Positions 10,701 through 21,321 of a DNA stretch of 64,000 nt are shown here, one piece after another. The notes below the pieces were generated by a model that saw only the letters and a list, made by a program, of their open reading frames with translations, was not told the origin of the DNA and made no database searches. The DNA is taken from positions 96,001 to 160,000 of the IMG/VR virus record IMGVR_UViG_3300047159_000056, one strand, 5' to 3'. The first letter of the stretch is position 1. Each line of letters starts with the position of its first letter. The stretch is from a virus. Its lineage: Duplodnaviria > Caudoviricetes. The position numbers and the translations under genes were made by a program.

Positions 10701-13700
10701 TTTTCCTGTTGAAGAATAAGTATCATAATCAAGGGTAACATTATCTCCGTCAATTATTATAGAACTGTCAGATATACCAGATGCTAAGGGAATAAATTTA
10801 GTAATTGTTTCTAGATAAGATTTATAGTAGATAGTGTGACTGCTGAGGGCTCCAGATGACGGTAAGAATATATCATCAGCTGCTCCTCCAGAAATATCAG
10901 AACTTAACATACTAATATTTGTATCTATTACAGGACTCTCAAATGAATTACCACTATCTGATTTCTTCAAGTAGTATTTTCTATGTAAGGGTATATAGAT
11001 TGAAGTATTATCCCCAAGATTTATTACCTTTATATAAGTTCTAAGAGTTTGTTCTACTACATTAAAAGTATCCCTCTCATTACCATAGAAAGAGAAACAA
11101 ACCTCTCTACCAGTTATTGTATTAAACGAACCTTCATCAACAGAAAGTATTGTTGGCTTAGGAACATTTAATTCAGTGTCATAGAAATAGAAATGATCTA
11201 GAGTATTAGTATCCTCCAAGAGAACCCTATAATTATCTGTGCTCTTTACATATATTTTATAAAGACCAATATGATCAAGTTCTAGTGGTGTTTCATCTTG
11301 TATTTCACTTAGGAGACCATCACTGCCTAAGACATAAACCTGAAGAGTAGTAGTTGGTTCTTTTCCCTCCATCTGTATAGGAAGTTCAGCTGTAGAACCA
11401 TCACTAAGCTGATTTTTCCAGTCACTAAACATTGCAACCTTAGACTCATACTTAGTAGCTATTCTTCTAATATAGAGGCTATCCATACTATAATCTTGGG
11501 AATCTTGTGGTATTGTAGTTGTACCTAAGTAAGTAACTATAGAACCATCAGGACCCCATTTAGAAGAATCTGTTCCAGTTATTAAGAGATTTCCATAGCC
11601 ATAGTTGTCTCGATCTGTTGATACTGTTACCTCTAAGTCTTTCTTAAATACTTCCCAATAATTAAGACCATCAATTGAACCAACTGTAGAAGCTATATAA
11701 AGTCTTTTTTGTCTCTTATTGTCATTGTCCTTCTGTATTTCACTATTTAGAAACTTAATGCTACTAACTTTTTCCAATGTTTCAGGATTATAGAAGCCAA
11801 TAGTATCTGTTAAGTCTGGCTTTATTATACAGTAAAATTTTTCTACTACAGCATTAGTCTCTTGATTAGTTATGGTTATACTAAATGGAGTATAAACACC
11901 AGTAGTATCTGATTTAGGATACCAAGATGTAGTAGGATATTCACTACCAAGAGTTTTAGAAGTAATCTTTACATATGTTGTTCCAGAACTTTTTGTAGTA
12001 GGATCATCATAGGAGCCAGAAGATTCTATAGAAAAATAACTATTTATAGAACTATCCTCAAGCTCCATTTTTAATCTACCCCATAAACCTACAGTAGCAC
12101 TACCATAAACTCCGGAATATCCTAGTTCATCTGTATGTACGTAGAATGTTTGAGTTTCTGAACCTGCAGACAATCTATCAAATAAGTATAGCCTATAAGA
12201 ATTTCCTGAATTATCAGTATAGAAATATTTAGTAGAACTTTCAATAGTTACATAGTTTCCAGAATCACTCTCTTTCTCCATATTAAAGTATAGGGTGCAA
12301 TCATTATCAGGACTACAATAAATTAAGTCTTCCCAATTATTCTGATCAAAGGACTTATCTGCATTTCTTCTCTTAAATGTTATACTGGCAAATGCAGTAT
12401 TTACCTTATTAGTACAGCTTACCTTTGTTAGTACATTAAAACTTTCAGATGTTGCAGGATTAGTCGTTGTAAAAATTACATTATTATTTGTATTATCTAG
12501 TATTACATCAGAGCCGTTGTTATATGTAGCTTCCCAATGATTATAATTTTCTATATAATTTGTTACATAGTTATTGGTTAGCTCTTTTACTCCTAATGTA
12601 CCTGGGAAAGTTAAATTTCTCACTCTTGTCCATGTATTGCCAATAAAAGTAGATATAGTTAGTGGATTAATTATTCTCTGTACACAATAAAATTTAGCTT
12701 CTTCTTTATCAACTTTATCCGCTCCCTCTATACTTATTGTATTTAAGATAAGAATACTAGAACCACCAGAATCTAAGGGGAACCATTTTGTACTTCCTTC
12801 TGTAGATTGGCTAGTAGTTATAGTTATTGTATATTTGTATCTTTTGTTAGTTGAGTCAAATATTCCATCACTAATAGCTGTTGTAAAGTAATTAGTAAAC
12901 GCAGTATCCGAAGAAGCATCGCCAGAACTAATCTTAATATTCTCTTTTGCTACTTTAGACTCAGAGAAAATTATAATAGTACCAGTTTTATTATCTCCGC
13001 CATCTGGATTCCAACCTTTACTTCCTTTTTCTGTATCAAATAGAAGGACTATATGATTATTTCCGCTCTCATCTAGTTGTCCAAGATTAGAGGAATATTC
13101 AACAGACCATTTTAAGTAAGTAACAAATTGAACCACATTGGATTTAATAGTTACTTGTTTTCCTTTTGTATCTCCTATTTCTGATTTAAAAGAAAGATCA
13201 GCTATGAAGTTTGTTCTTTCTACTTTATTTGAATTACTAGTAAAGGTTATTATTTTACTATTTTGATTTATACTGTAATTACTTGTAGTTGTTGTGCTAA
13301 TAGTTCCAGCCATATCGCTAACTTGAACCAGAGCAGTATTTAAGAGTCCTTCCTTACAATCTGATTTTATTAGTGTATAGTTTCCATTCTTAACACGATA
13401 TAAGTCATAAACACAAGTACCTTCTATATTGGCACTATTTCCATTACCGACATAGTAGATATAGTTTCCTGGATAATCTGGTGACTCATTTCCTATTACA
13501 TTTGAAGAGTCTATAGTAATTTTCTTATAGTGTTTATAGGTAGTTATGCTATAAACTTTCTCTCCATTTGAGTCTAAGTAAAGAGGAGAACTATTCTTTA
13601 ATGAATTTCTCTGTCTAAGATATCTACAGTATGAGTTTCTAGTTAGTAGATCTGTATTAGAAAATTCTCCCTCTACTGCTAGGAATGTATTAACTCCATC

Positions 13701-14219
13701 AGTATTAGATTTATTTTCTATATAAGCAGCGTCTTCATTATCCAAGTAACGATCAATATTAGCTACAGTAGTTGAAGGAAATCTAACAGTTATATAGTTC
13801 AATCCCTTTTCTCTGCAAAGATATAAAGGAGATCTAGCTTTTGTACCTGATACTAGGGTTTCTACTTCTCCACATAGGATAAAAGCAAGTCCAACTATAT
13901 TATCATTTAAGTCACTGTAATAAACAAAGATAACTGTTCTATATCCTCCCATACTACTAACTAAGTTTTCCTCTAGGTATAGGCTGGTATAGTTCTCATC
14001 TACAAAAGAGAGATCTAGTGTCATATTAAGGGACAGATTATCTTCATACCACAGAGACTCAAATGTTCTATAAGTATCATCCAAGATAGTTTTGCTTATT
14101 AATTCATCTAAGCTTGTATATCCCGGAACTATTTTTCCTAATCTGTAAGTAGACAACCTAAGATTACTTCCATATGTAACTAAGTTGTTCTTAAAATCAG
14201 ATGTAAAAAGTACGTTCAT
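7758..14219 (-). CDS. Very large S/T/N/Y-rich beta-structured tail fibre or baseplate appendage protein
   Basis: 2153-aa uninterrupted ORF downstream of the baseplate genes; composition typical of fibre or Ig-like repeats; no catalytic motif recognised. Confidence 0.6.
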   Translation of the reverse strand: MNVLFTSDFKNNLVTYGSNLRLSTYRLGKIVPGYTSLDELISKTILDDTYRTFESLWYEDNLSLNMTLDLSFVDENYTSLYLEENLVSSMGGYRTVIFVYYSDLNDNIVGLAFILCGEVETLVSGTKARSPLYLCREKGLNYITVRFPSTTVANIDRYLDNEDAAYIENKSNTDGVNTFLAVEGEFSNTDLLTRNSYCRYLRQRNSLKNSSPLYLDSNGEKVYSITTYKHYKKITIDSSNVIGNESPDYPGNYIYYVGNGNSANIEGTCVYDLYRVKNGNYTLIKSDCKEGLLNTALVQVSDMAGTISTTTTSNYSINQNSKIITFTSNSNKVERTNFIADLSFKSEIGDTKGKQVTIKSNVVQFVTYLKWSVEYSSNLGQLDESGNNHIVLLFDTEKGSKGWNPDGGDNKTGTIIIFSESKVAKENIKISSGDASSDTAFTNYFTTAISDGIFDSTNKRYKYTITITTSQSTEGSTKWFPLDSGGSSILILNTISIEGADKVDKEEAKFYCVQRIINPLTISTFIGNTWTRVRNLTFPGTLGVKELTNNYVTNYIENYNHWEATYNNGSDVILDNTNNNVIFTTTNPATSESFNVLTKVSCTNKVNTAFASITFKRRNADKSFDQNNWEDLIYCSPDNDCTLYFNMEKESDSGNYVTIESSTKYFYTDNSGNSYRLYLFDRLSAGSETQTFYVHTDELGYSGVYGSATVGLWGRLKMELEDSSINSYFSIESSGSYDDPTTKSSGTTYVKITSKTLGSEYPTTSWYPKSDTTGVYTPFSITITNQETNAVVEKFYCIIKPDLTDTIGFYNPETLEKVSSIKFLNSEIQKDNDNKRQKRLYIASTVGSIDGLNYWEVFKKDLEVTVSTDRDNYGYGNLLITGTDSSKWGPDGSIVTYLGTTTIPQDSQDYSMDSLYIRRIATKYESKVAMFSDWKNQLSDGSTAELPIQMEGKEPTTTLQVYVLGSDGLLSEIQDETPLELDHIGLYKIYVKSTDNYRVLLEDTNTLDHFYFYDTELNVPKPTILSVDEGSFNTITGREVCFSFYGNERDTFNVVEQTLRTYIKVINLGDNTSIYIPLHRKYYLKKSDSGNSFESPVIDTNISMLSSDISGGAADDIFLPSSGALSSHTIYYKSYLETITKFIPLASGISDSSIIIDGDNVTLDYDTYSSTGKVVRSRITSTVAIRGYISHYSKITFNNPSSPDKSYPISDLGMIRITNPQMFNGEKIAYNLYKLLPPPALTVTKYSILLSYLSGKSTTVGVSIEAGGFYNIIYTDSTGTVTITTDGTIIQSPNKNVLIQVTDLKKDSTTGLTTITIKVTDSSNTTLAGDANVTLGTFTFSSYVDCNNFIKDSTGNLVVGPTYTQDVVNNLVPPNVKKVDLVRLSQKNSADSITGDTSVIKRQGETRTFTLNRINDGDAVDTSTALNEIPYLSAMNFSQTGELAVTFKDKLTRHNYSPISISIDYDYSTANYKYYLDKSFVTDLISKYVFDQNSLEKTNFYVYVKDNGTATNKVEMTDIVQENWVQGIRLRGQGYSSSILYLGENNTFTEDLSYDAGSYTMYVASVMLPTTDDSTVTETEDVHYNFLLLDTKKNLNIASTSLEYNLDTSNPVSKENNHSYSSTYGCPLTFSIPTNDSDNTKTYNVTLSDTYGNEVAITFNIKPNSQFDIRAFSGISCTGVNENDGEYYVDSFNELSTDELAFSASGALRYPDNYIYIATNAPVDKCIFGMSTNDDGNLTMADSSVNMVIDGLSVRATITSKIKSQTRINGVGSNVVDDFTVDYVDYTTGVSTGVKHPGYRLFKVEPWSKVSTINYQTWGSGAVIPNDKYMAHKPYLATNRFYIDVSGFEYNYTDVKRSRYGAGSLQLYTPNPTYLNCRKWSAVADTSGSYTYESPNVVSHDVDFGKFETSENSKYTAGSSYFLSNNKVTAVYNGSELNLDNTLYVTYKENSNGGKKYGELLPDGSLAFKTYGYYCAFMLVPIRYEWICTVDTNRKKTWSILNYTKFIFTSNDSTTSPGLNLVDNTDRTKSITVYHDEMITQASDRVGDYAPTTISGIPKYYSSNTTYSPNTDVSSGGDTVKTVLTASDFEKNSYIPAVLLELGPSNFSTKGNNVYTLNNASKRKVVVSCSAEGVPTAVAADDLVFNIDISLIL

Positions 14220-14222
14220 ATG

Positions 14223-16163
14223 TTATAAATAATTAATCATATTTTCTATTCTATAATAAATTAACCCAGCATAACAACCAATTATCTTAAATCCACTGAG
14301 AGTTTCTGGCAGGACATTTCTTCTAAATATTCCAAGGAAACTTCTCTGTAATGTTATTGGGCTATCACTTGAACTTAAGGTCAAGTATTTTTCGCTATAT
14401 AAGTCTTCCGAATAAACTTTATAATCCTTTGACCTACTATCACCGTCGCTGTAAGTATTTTTCCCATACTCATGTTTCATATTAAAGCAAGTTGGAGTTA
14501 TAAAATATCCAGGTTCATCATATAGAGTATAAACCATAGAGCCGTCTGAGTTTTGATTCCACATTAAGAGAACCTGATCATTAACTACTATTGGTTCATT
14601 TTCGCTCATACTCATTTTTACAGATTTTGTCATATTACTGTAAATCAGAGTAGAGGCTGCATCATTCTTAAATATATACCAATCACCAATTTTTCCTACT
14701 GGTATTTCTCCACTAGTAAGAGCAAATTTAGAATCAGTATAAACTTCACTTAAGCTAGATACTTCATTAATAGACTTCTTATATGTAGACCATCTAAGAG
14801 AATCTAGACTTTGTATTCTATTGTAAATATCATATCTATCTACTATGAAGGTATTGATATAGTTAGGAGTCTTTTGGGGAATCTTAACATAGGTACCAGA
14901 TAATTTTACACTATCAGGAACATAATCTAGCTTACTATATTCTACAGCATCTCCTATTTCAGAAGGACTTAAGACCCATTCTCCACTTACATATTTATAA
15001 TAGTCATACTTATTGTAAACATTAGTATAAGAAGAGATCATCCAACCATTATTCTTATCATACAGAGGAGAACTAAGACCTATCTCTCCGCTCTGTCTAA
15101 GTATATCAAATAGGTAAAGAGTATCATCGACATTAACTACTATATATCTACCAGCAAAATATTCTATAGACTGATTTGCTCCTTCATATAAGAGAGGTAA
15201 AGAATAAATTTCATCCTTAGATATCTGTTTTCCATTCACTCCATTCTTACTAGTTGTATATGGAAGAGGACTATAATCACTAACTTCATCTCCAAAAATA
15301 CTATTCATTGATGTAGTAAGAGAGAATATAGAATAGTTATTAGAATCATCCCAGATAAATAGGGAAGGATCACCATTATAGTAACTAATCTGAGTATGAG
15401 AAAAATCTGTATACCTAGAACCCAAGAGTAAGTTTTTCTTGAAGGCCAACTTATTAAATACAGTTTTAGATCCACTATTAGAGTAGTTTATTAGTTTACA
15501 ATGAGTAGTATCTGTAAAGAAATCCTTGTAACTATAACCCTTTAGTACAGAATTAACATGTATCTCATAGTTGTTGTCGCCAGTAGTTAATTTGCTTAGG
15601 TCACTCTTAGTTGCATAGTTATAGTTTTCATCTCCAGAGTAATCCCTATTAATTCTTTGAGCTATAGCCTTTACATCGGTTAAGAGTGTAATAGTATCTT
15701 TATCTTCTCTTACATCGCTACTAGTAGAGGTAAGTTGTATGGTGATATATTTAATTAGATAAGACTTTTTTAGAACATATTGTGATGAAGTTGTAGTAGT
15801 ATTAAAACCTTGTACAGACTCAAATACAGCAAATCCAATTATCTCTGAACTAGATAAGAAGATTAGTGTATTAAATCCCTGACCACTAATATTATTTGAT
15901 CTATCATTGTCAAACTGAAATTGTAAGATATCACCAGCCCTTGTAGCTGGAGTTAAGATATATTCAGATTTAATGAGAATATTGTAAATTTCCTCAACAG
16001 TAGAAGTAGTAGGATCTGAGGATAAGAGACTAGCTGAAGACCCTAATCCTAGTCTACTTACTATACTACTATTAAGAAAAGTCTGTGAATTGTAAGCTAA
16101 AATACTATCGCTACTACTAAGACCTGTTGTTCCTAAGAGCTCTATATTTTTAGTTACAGCCAT
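14223..16163 (-). CDS. Putative baseplate/fibre structural protein
   Basis: 646-aa ORF coupled to neighbours; contains a YYKYVSGEWV module resembling the sheath insertion module. Confidence 0.5.
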   Translation of the reverse strand: MAVTKNIELLGTTGLSSSDSILAYNSQTFLNSSIVSRLGLGSSASLLSSDPTTSTVEEIYNILIKSEYILTPATRAGDILQFQFDNDRSNNISGQGFNTLIFLSSSEIIGFAVFESVQGFNTTTTSSQYVLKKSYLIKYITIQLTSTSSDVREDKDTITLLTDVKAIAQRINRDYSGDENYNYATKSDLSKLTTGDNNYEIHVNSVLKGYSYKDFFTDTTHCKLINYSNSGSKTVFNKLAFKKNLLLGSRYTDFSHTQISYYNGDPSLFIWDDSNNYSIFSLTTSMNSIFGDEVSDYSPLPYTTSKNGVNGKQISKDEIYSLPLLYEGANQSIEYFAGRYIVVNVDDTLYLFDILRQSGEIGLSSPLYDKNNGWMISSYTNVYNKYDYYKYVSGEWVLSPSEIGDAVEYSKLDYVPDSVKLSGTYVKIPQKTPNYINTFIVDRYDIYNRIQSLDSLRWSTYKKSINEVSSLSEVYTDSKFALTSGEIPVGKIGDWYIFKNDAASTLIYSNMTKSVKMSMSENEPIVVNDQVLLMWNQNSDGSMVYTLYDEPGYFITPTCFNMKHEYGKNTYSDGDSRSKDYKVYSEDLYSEKYLTLSSSDSPITLQRSFLGIFRRNVLPETLSGFKIIGCYAGLIYYRIENMINYL

Positions 16164-17061
16164 AAGTTAATACACAGTTACTAATTACACATTCATCTAC
16201 ACTACTAGATTCGGGAATAACTCTGATAACTCCATCAACATATTCTACCATCACATCTGGATCACTCATAGAACCTAGGGGACTAATAAAATCATCTCTG
16301 GTTAATTCAGGGCTTTCAGTATTAGTATATTTGAATGCCTTAAACGTTAGATCTTGACCACTAATTATTCCTTCCTTGGTGTATTTTACAGTCAAGTCTA
16401 TTTTTCCAGAAAGGTTAGCTTTAGATATTTTAGTCTCTATACCTACCAAGCTAATTGTATTAGTATACACATCATCTTCAACTAAGTCAATAGAAACAGA
16501 TCCATTAACTATATCTACGACTACTTTAGATGAACTATATAAAGTTACACCACTTTGTTCTTTCATGCTAATAACATTATTATAATATACATTGTTAAAA
16601 TTATCTATCACTGACTGATCTATTTGTGAATCTCCTATTACAAAAGAATTATCAGGATTGAATTTCCATATTTTTGAATATAGATATTCTTTTTTAGACC
16701 CGAGATTGGATAGTTTTACACCATTATCACTTACATTACCTGAAATAGAGTTCTTGGAAGTAGTTTGATACATATCTTGATATAATCTAGCAGGAGAAAC
16801 ATCAGTATCTATAAATAATCTTCCAGTTATATGATCCTGTCTGGAGTCAAGTTTTCTAATCAAGGCTATTAAAGATAGGGCTTTTCCATCACTATTTTCA
16901 TTTGTTACATATATTAACTTCTTAACACCTGTCTTACCATGAGTTGCGCCTACAAGAACTTTAGCATAATAACAAATAAAGTCACCATTGAAAAATAATT
17001 TCTTATAGTCTATAGTATCAACATTTGGTTCTAGGTCAACTATATTGCTCAGTTTTATCAT
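16150..17061 (-). CDS. Hypothetical structural protein (baseplate/fibre cluster)
   Basis: 303-aa ORF overlapping both neighbours (ATGA overlap with the upstream gene). Confidence 0.5.
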   Translation of the reverse strand: MIKLSNIVDLEPNVDTIDYKKLFFNGDFICYYAKVLVGATHGKTGVKKLIYVTNENSDGKALSLIALIRKLDSRQDHITGRLFIDTDVSPARLYQDMYQTTSKNSISGNVSDNGVKLSNLGSKKEYLYSKIWKFNPDNSFVIGDSQIDQSVIDNFNNVYYNNVISMKEQSGVTLYSSSKVVVDIVNGSVSIDLVEDDVYTNTISLVGIETKISKANLSGKIDLTVKYTKEGIISGQDLTFKAFKYTNTESPELTRDDFISPLGSMSDPDVMVEYVDGVIRVIPESSSVDECVISNCVLTYGCN

Positions 17062-18719
17062 GACATATAATAGATTTTTGTTATATTCTGTGGATCTTTC
17101 ATTACACCACCACCTGTTTGAGAGGGTACACCAATATCAATAACCTTTGTATCTGGATTAGTCTTATATACATTGACAGATATCTTAGTATTTTCCTGGA
17201 ACACACCAATTCTACAACCACTATGATAATCACTAGCATAATAATATTTTACGATTGGATTTCCGTTAGTATCTCTAGAATCAGAATGACTCCAACTATC
17301 TATGTGTATCAAGAATTTATAAGTATAAGCTACAGTTCCATTCTCATATAAATTTGTTGTTGTATTATAGACTGGTGGTATAGCTTCAGCCTCAACTAGG
17401 AGATCACAACCATTAGGATGAATTGCTGGTATACTAACTGTTGTTCCAGAAGTAGAGTCAGAAATAGAAGTAAGTTCCATATCTTTTATTCCGTTTCCTT
17501 CACCAGTTACATAAGTAGCACTAAATCCTATTTCATTAACTACGCTAAGATTAGAGGTATCACTAACCGTACTCTCATAAGTTTGTCTAAAGTAAATATC
17601 ACTAATTACACTTCCTCCAGTTGTTGTAAGAGAAATAGTATTATTAGTTCCCTTTACTAATTTAAGAAGCTTACTACCTACTATTCTATAAGTAGCTGTT
17701 TGATCATTAAGAATAAAACCTCTGATATCTACTGTTATACTATCTGTTCTCCAAACTTTAGTACTAGAACCAGTTGAAGAATTAGTAGTAGAATTTTCAA
17801 TATATTTTGTGCAAATAGTAACAGGAAAAGAGGTAGTTATATTAGAACTAGTTGTAATAGGTATAGCAGATTCAGCTGACCCATAAGATAGTGTAATAGT
17901 ATTTTCCACTGTTTCAGAATAACTGCTACTAGAATAAGAGAAAGGTATGCTCTTAAATCTAAAACCGGTTCTTAATTCATACTTCTCTCTCTCAAGATCC
18001 ATAATTCTATCTCCATAGTAACTAATAACAGAATCTACAGTATTTTTGAAATCAGGATTGACTGTTGCACTTGTCCAAGAACTAGGAGTAAAATTATTAG
18101 TGCTAGTTCCATATCTATATCTGATAATTCCAGACTCTTCATCAATTAGTTCCTGAATTCTGACAGATTTTAGTTCATCTGTGTCATAATAATAAGAAAA
18201 CTGCCTAAGTATAATATAATCAATGTCGCTACTAGTTACACCAATAAGATATTTAACTACATCTCTTTTTACTTTAAAAATTGCATTATTAATATCTGGG
18301 GCAACTAGGATTTTATCTAGGGCATTGGTATATTCACTTATACTACTAACTGTTGCTCCTGTATCATTTCCTAAGAAGTCTTTTATATAAATCTCTGTGT
18401 CTGAATTAACTGTATTAACTATCATACCAGTTTCATCAAATCCAGACATATATTTACATAATACTTTGCTTAAGAGATAAGGTGTAACTAATTTATTTGT
18501 TCCCTTAGCTAATATTTCTGAATCAAAATCATCCTCTGTTGCTATTCCATCTTCGGGATAAGTAGAAAAATACTCTGAACCTCTTTGTGGAATATTTCCT
18601 TTAGATTTTGCTGTACATATATAGATATCAGTTCCATATATTACAAAATCTTTAGGTTCAAATGTAGCATCATTAGTATATAGGTAGATTCCTCTAACAC
18701 TTTTATTATTTATTTCCAT
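17058..18719 (-). CDS. Putative fibre protein with N-terminal CBM5/12-like module
   Basis: RGIYLY..F..KDFVIYGTDIYIC resembles the small aromatic carbohydrate-binding repeat; central coiled coil; beta-rich C-terminus. Confidence 0.45.
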   Translation of the reverse strand: MEINNKSVRGIYLYTNDATFEPKDFVIYGTDIYICTAKSKGNIPQRGSEYFSTYPEDGIATEDDFDSEILAKGTNKLVTPYLLSKVLCKYMSGFDETGMIVNTVNSDTEIYIKDFLGNDTGATVSSISEYTNALDKILVAPDINNAIFKVKRDVVKYLIGVTSSDIDYIILRQFSYYYDTDELKSVRIQELIDEESGIIRYRYGTSTNNFTPSSWTSATVNPDFKNTVDSVISYYGDRIMDLEREKYELRTGFRFKSIPFSYSSSSYSETVENTITLSYGSAESAIPITTSSNITTSFPVTICTKYIENSTTNSSTGSSTKVWRTDSITVDIRGFILNDQTATYRIVGSKLLKLVKGTNNTISLTTTGGSVISDIYFRQTYESTVSDTSNLSVVNEIGFSATYVTGEGNGIKDMELTSISDSTSGTTVSIPAIHPNGCDLLVEAEAIPPVYNTTTNLYENGTVAYTYKFLIHIDSWSHSDSRDTNGNPIVKYYYASDYHSGCRIGVFQENTKISVNVYKTNPDTKVIDIGVPSQTGGGVMKDPQNITKIYYMS

Positions 18720-20755
18720 ATCTTAAATGTATAATCTTTTGTTATTCCTTTTATCTCCAATGTATAATATTTAATATCCCCTGTCGGAGGAGTTAATGTT
18801 ATATTATTAGAAACAACTGGATCTGTTTTACCACCTTTCACAGATATTATAGTGGCTCCATCCATGTCTATATTAATGTTATCAAATACTCCATCGGCTG
18901 GACTTATCTTAAATGAACTTGTTTCCCCAGATTTAACGGATAGTGTATTTGTATTTACATAGAATCCCGTATAATCTGAAATAACTAAGGTATAATAAGT
19001 CTCTGATGTACTAATATAGTAGAAATATCTTGCTGGATACTTTGCCTCACCATTTATTGTTAATGTCCCAACAGATCCATTAACCCCTACTTTAGCGTCT
19101 ACCGGATCAGTCTCAGTTTCAATTAAGTCAAATACTTGATTTTCTCCAATGGGCATTATTTTAGTATAATAGTTTAATTTTATATCGGAAGCTGAGATAC
19201 TCTCCTTTGTTATATCAAACTTATAAACTAATTTAAATTTCTTTCCAAGAGCTATGGAATCTGTAGTAACTAAGTTATTATCACTATCATACAATTCAAC
19301 ACCATTTAGAGATGAACTAGAACTCTAGCGCCGTCGTCTATTGTTCTAAGAGATATTTTATCATAATATTTATCAAATCTAAGATATTATTTCACTATCA
19401 GTACTTGTTTCAGACTTCTCTACTCACTTTAAGCTGGGATATTTCATATGGTACTATATTATTATTATATTTATAAGACCAGAACAGCCATAATTCATTA
19501 CTAATATTGATAATAATCAAATTTATAATGTATAATTTGTTCCGGTTTTCCTTGTAATATGTTCCTAGTCCATCATAAGATACAATGTATTGAGCTCATT
19601 GGTTCTGTATATACAACATATCCTTTAACCATAGTTACTTGAAATAGCAAGTCTATTTTGACTCTCCTCACTATTTAGGGTACGTACAGAAAATACATTT
19701 GGTGAGATTCTTCCTGGATATTCATTGGTTCTATAATTATTTGATTCTAAGAGTGGATCCAGATAATCATAAGCAATTGTAATAAACTTATATTTATTAT
19801 CAACACAATTTACATAATCCTCTAGGATCCAGCTGTTAGTATATATTGGTTCTTCATTTTTAGTATCACTTAGAGCTAACCAAGTATCAGAACTAGTTGT
19901 ACCTTCTGGATTATAAGTTGCTGTACTTCCTCCAATATAATTTACATTTTTATCCCACTTAGAGTCACTAGCATATTTATTAAAAAGACTAGTCATAATT
20001 GGAAAACTACTAACTGATTTATTACCAACTATAGTTCCAGAGCTAAGGTCCATCCATAAATTACTAGAAGGATCAATGGTATCAACCACATTAATTGTTC
20101 TATCTAATTCACTAAATTCATCATTTCTAACTAAGTACTGCCTCATTTTTCTGTGGGGATTAATACTGCTATTCCAAGCGTAGAAAGATAAGTTAATGTC
20201 AGATATACTCTCAGCTCCTCCCATAGTAATAACAAACCAAACTATCTTCCTACATTTAGTATCAAGACCATCTGCTATTGTTACCTTTATTGCTGCATCA
20301 GTACTAGAGATAGAAGTATCATATATATTAACCCTATTATAATTTTCAGGAATATCTAAGAGAATTAGTTTTTGCTTACCAACTGTAATAGAACCAAAAT
20401 AGCTTATTAGTTCATCATCTGAGTCTACTTCTATCCATGTCGGACAGAAAGTATCATTGATTAGTTTAATATTAGATAGCGTTTTTAAGAGATCCTGATT
20501 TTTTATAGAATGAAGCAAGTTATCAAGAGGAAAGTCTGAGTTGTAATTTAATTTTTCAACAAGAAACTTCCAACCATATTCGTCAAAATCTTCCAGGTTA
20601 ATCAATTTATCATCTGAACCATAATATCTAATTAGGTCAGGTTTATTTTGATCAATTGGTTTAGAACTTATGACTACCTTATCTAGTGTTTTAAATTTTG
20701 GATTAACATAGTCAACCACATTTTTATCATAACTAGATGACTTTATATCTATCAT
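18710..20755 (-). CDS. Baseplate/fibre protein, probably one gene broken by several indels (track ORFs 19625..20755 and 18710..19294)
   Basis: The 330-nt gap 19295..19624 reads as coding-like fragments in shifting frames; the downstream ORF has only a TTG start; the upstream part has a CBM5/12-like WDKNVNYIGGSTATYN..WLAL..EEP..SW motif. Confidence 0.5.
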
Positions 20756-20760
20756 ATTTT

Positions 20761-21318
20761 TTAGCCCTCAGGTATTTCAGCATCATATTTTTGATAGAAC
20801 CATATACCATGATTAATAGAAGCTACTGTACTATCTGTTATTTCTGTCAATACCTTATCAACAGATATATCTAGCTCATCAAAATATAATAATGCACATA
20901 TAAATTTTTCGAAATAATCACAAAATAGATCTTTATCAACTGTTATACTCTTTACTTTTACACTAATTTTTCTAGCTGAATAGGTAAGAGTGCTAGTTGT
21001 ATCTTTTGTTGTCCAGTCAGTTAAGATTCCAAAAGCTAAAATATAATCTAGTACCTTAAATGTTCCCTTTACACTATAGAATAGAGAGCTAAGGTAATTT
21101 ATTTTTTCTTTTGTTACTTCTTCACCATCTGCTTTTGCCCAACTAGTTGGATAGATAAGGTTTAAGAATTTTCTAACTGGATCTGTCTTTAGAGTATATC
21201 TATAATCACTAAATGAATCACTTTCTTCTGTTTCTTGTAATTGATACTGCCCAATCATTTCATGCAGCATCTTAATAATACCAACTTTCAGAAGATGTTT
21301 GGGTATATATACTTCCAT
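20761..21318 (-). CDS. Baseplate wedge protein, P2 gpI / T4 gp7-like
   Basis: LFYSVKGTFKVLDYIL matches the Y-x-x-KGT motif; lies immediately after the gp6/J-like gene. Confidence 0.55.
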   Translation of the reverse strand: MEVYIPKHLLKVGIIKMLHEMIGQYQLQETEESDSFSDYRYTLKTDPVRKFLNLIYPTSWAKADGEEVTKEKINYLSSLFYSVKGTFKVLDYILAFGILTDWTTKDTTSTLTYSARKISVKVKSITVDKDLFCDYFEKFICALLYFDELDISVDKVLTEITDSTVASINHGIWFYQKYDAEIPEG

Positions 21319-21321
21319 AGT

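Noticed and set aside
19295-19624. Possible ncRNA or intron in the largest apparent intergenic gap
   Set aside because: No convincing structure; reads as coding fragments in shifting frames, consistent with a local error-rich stretch
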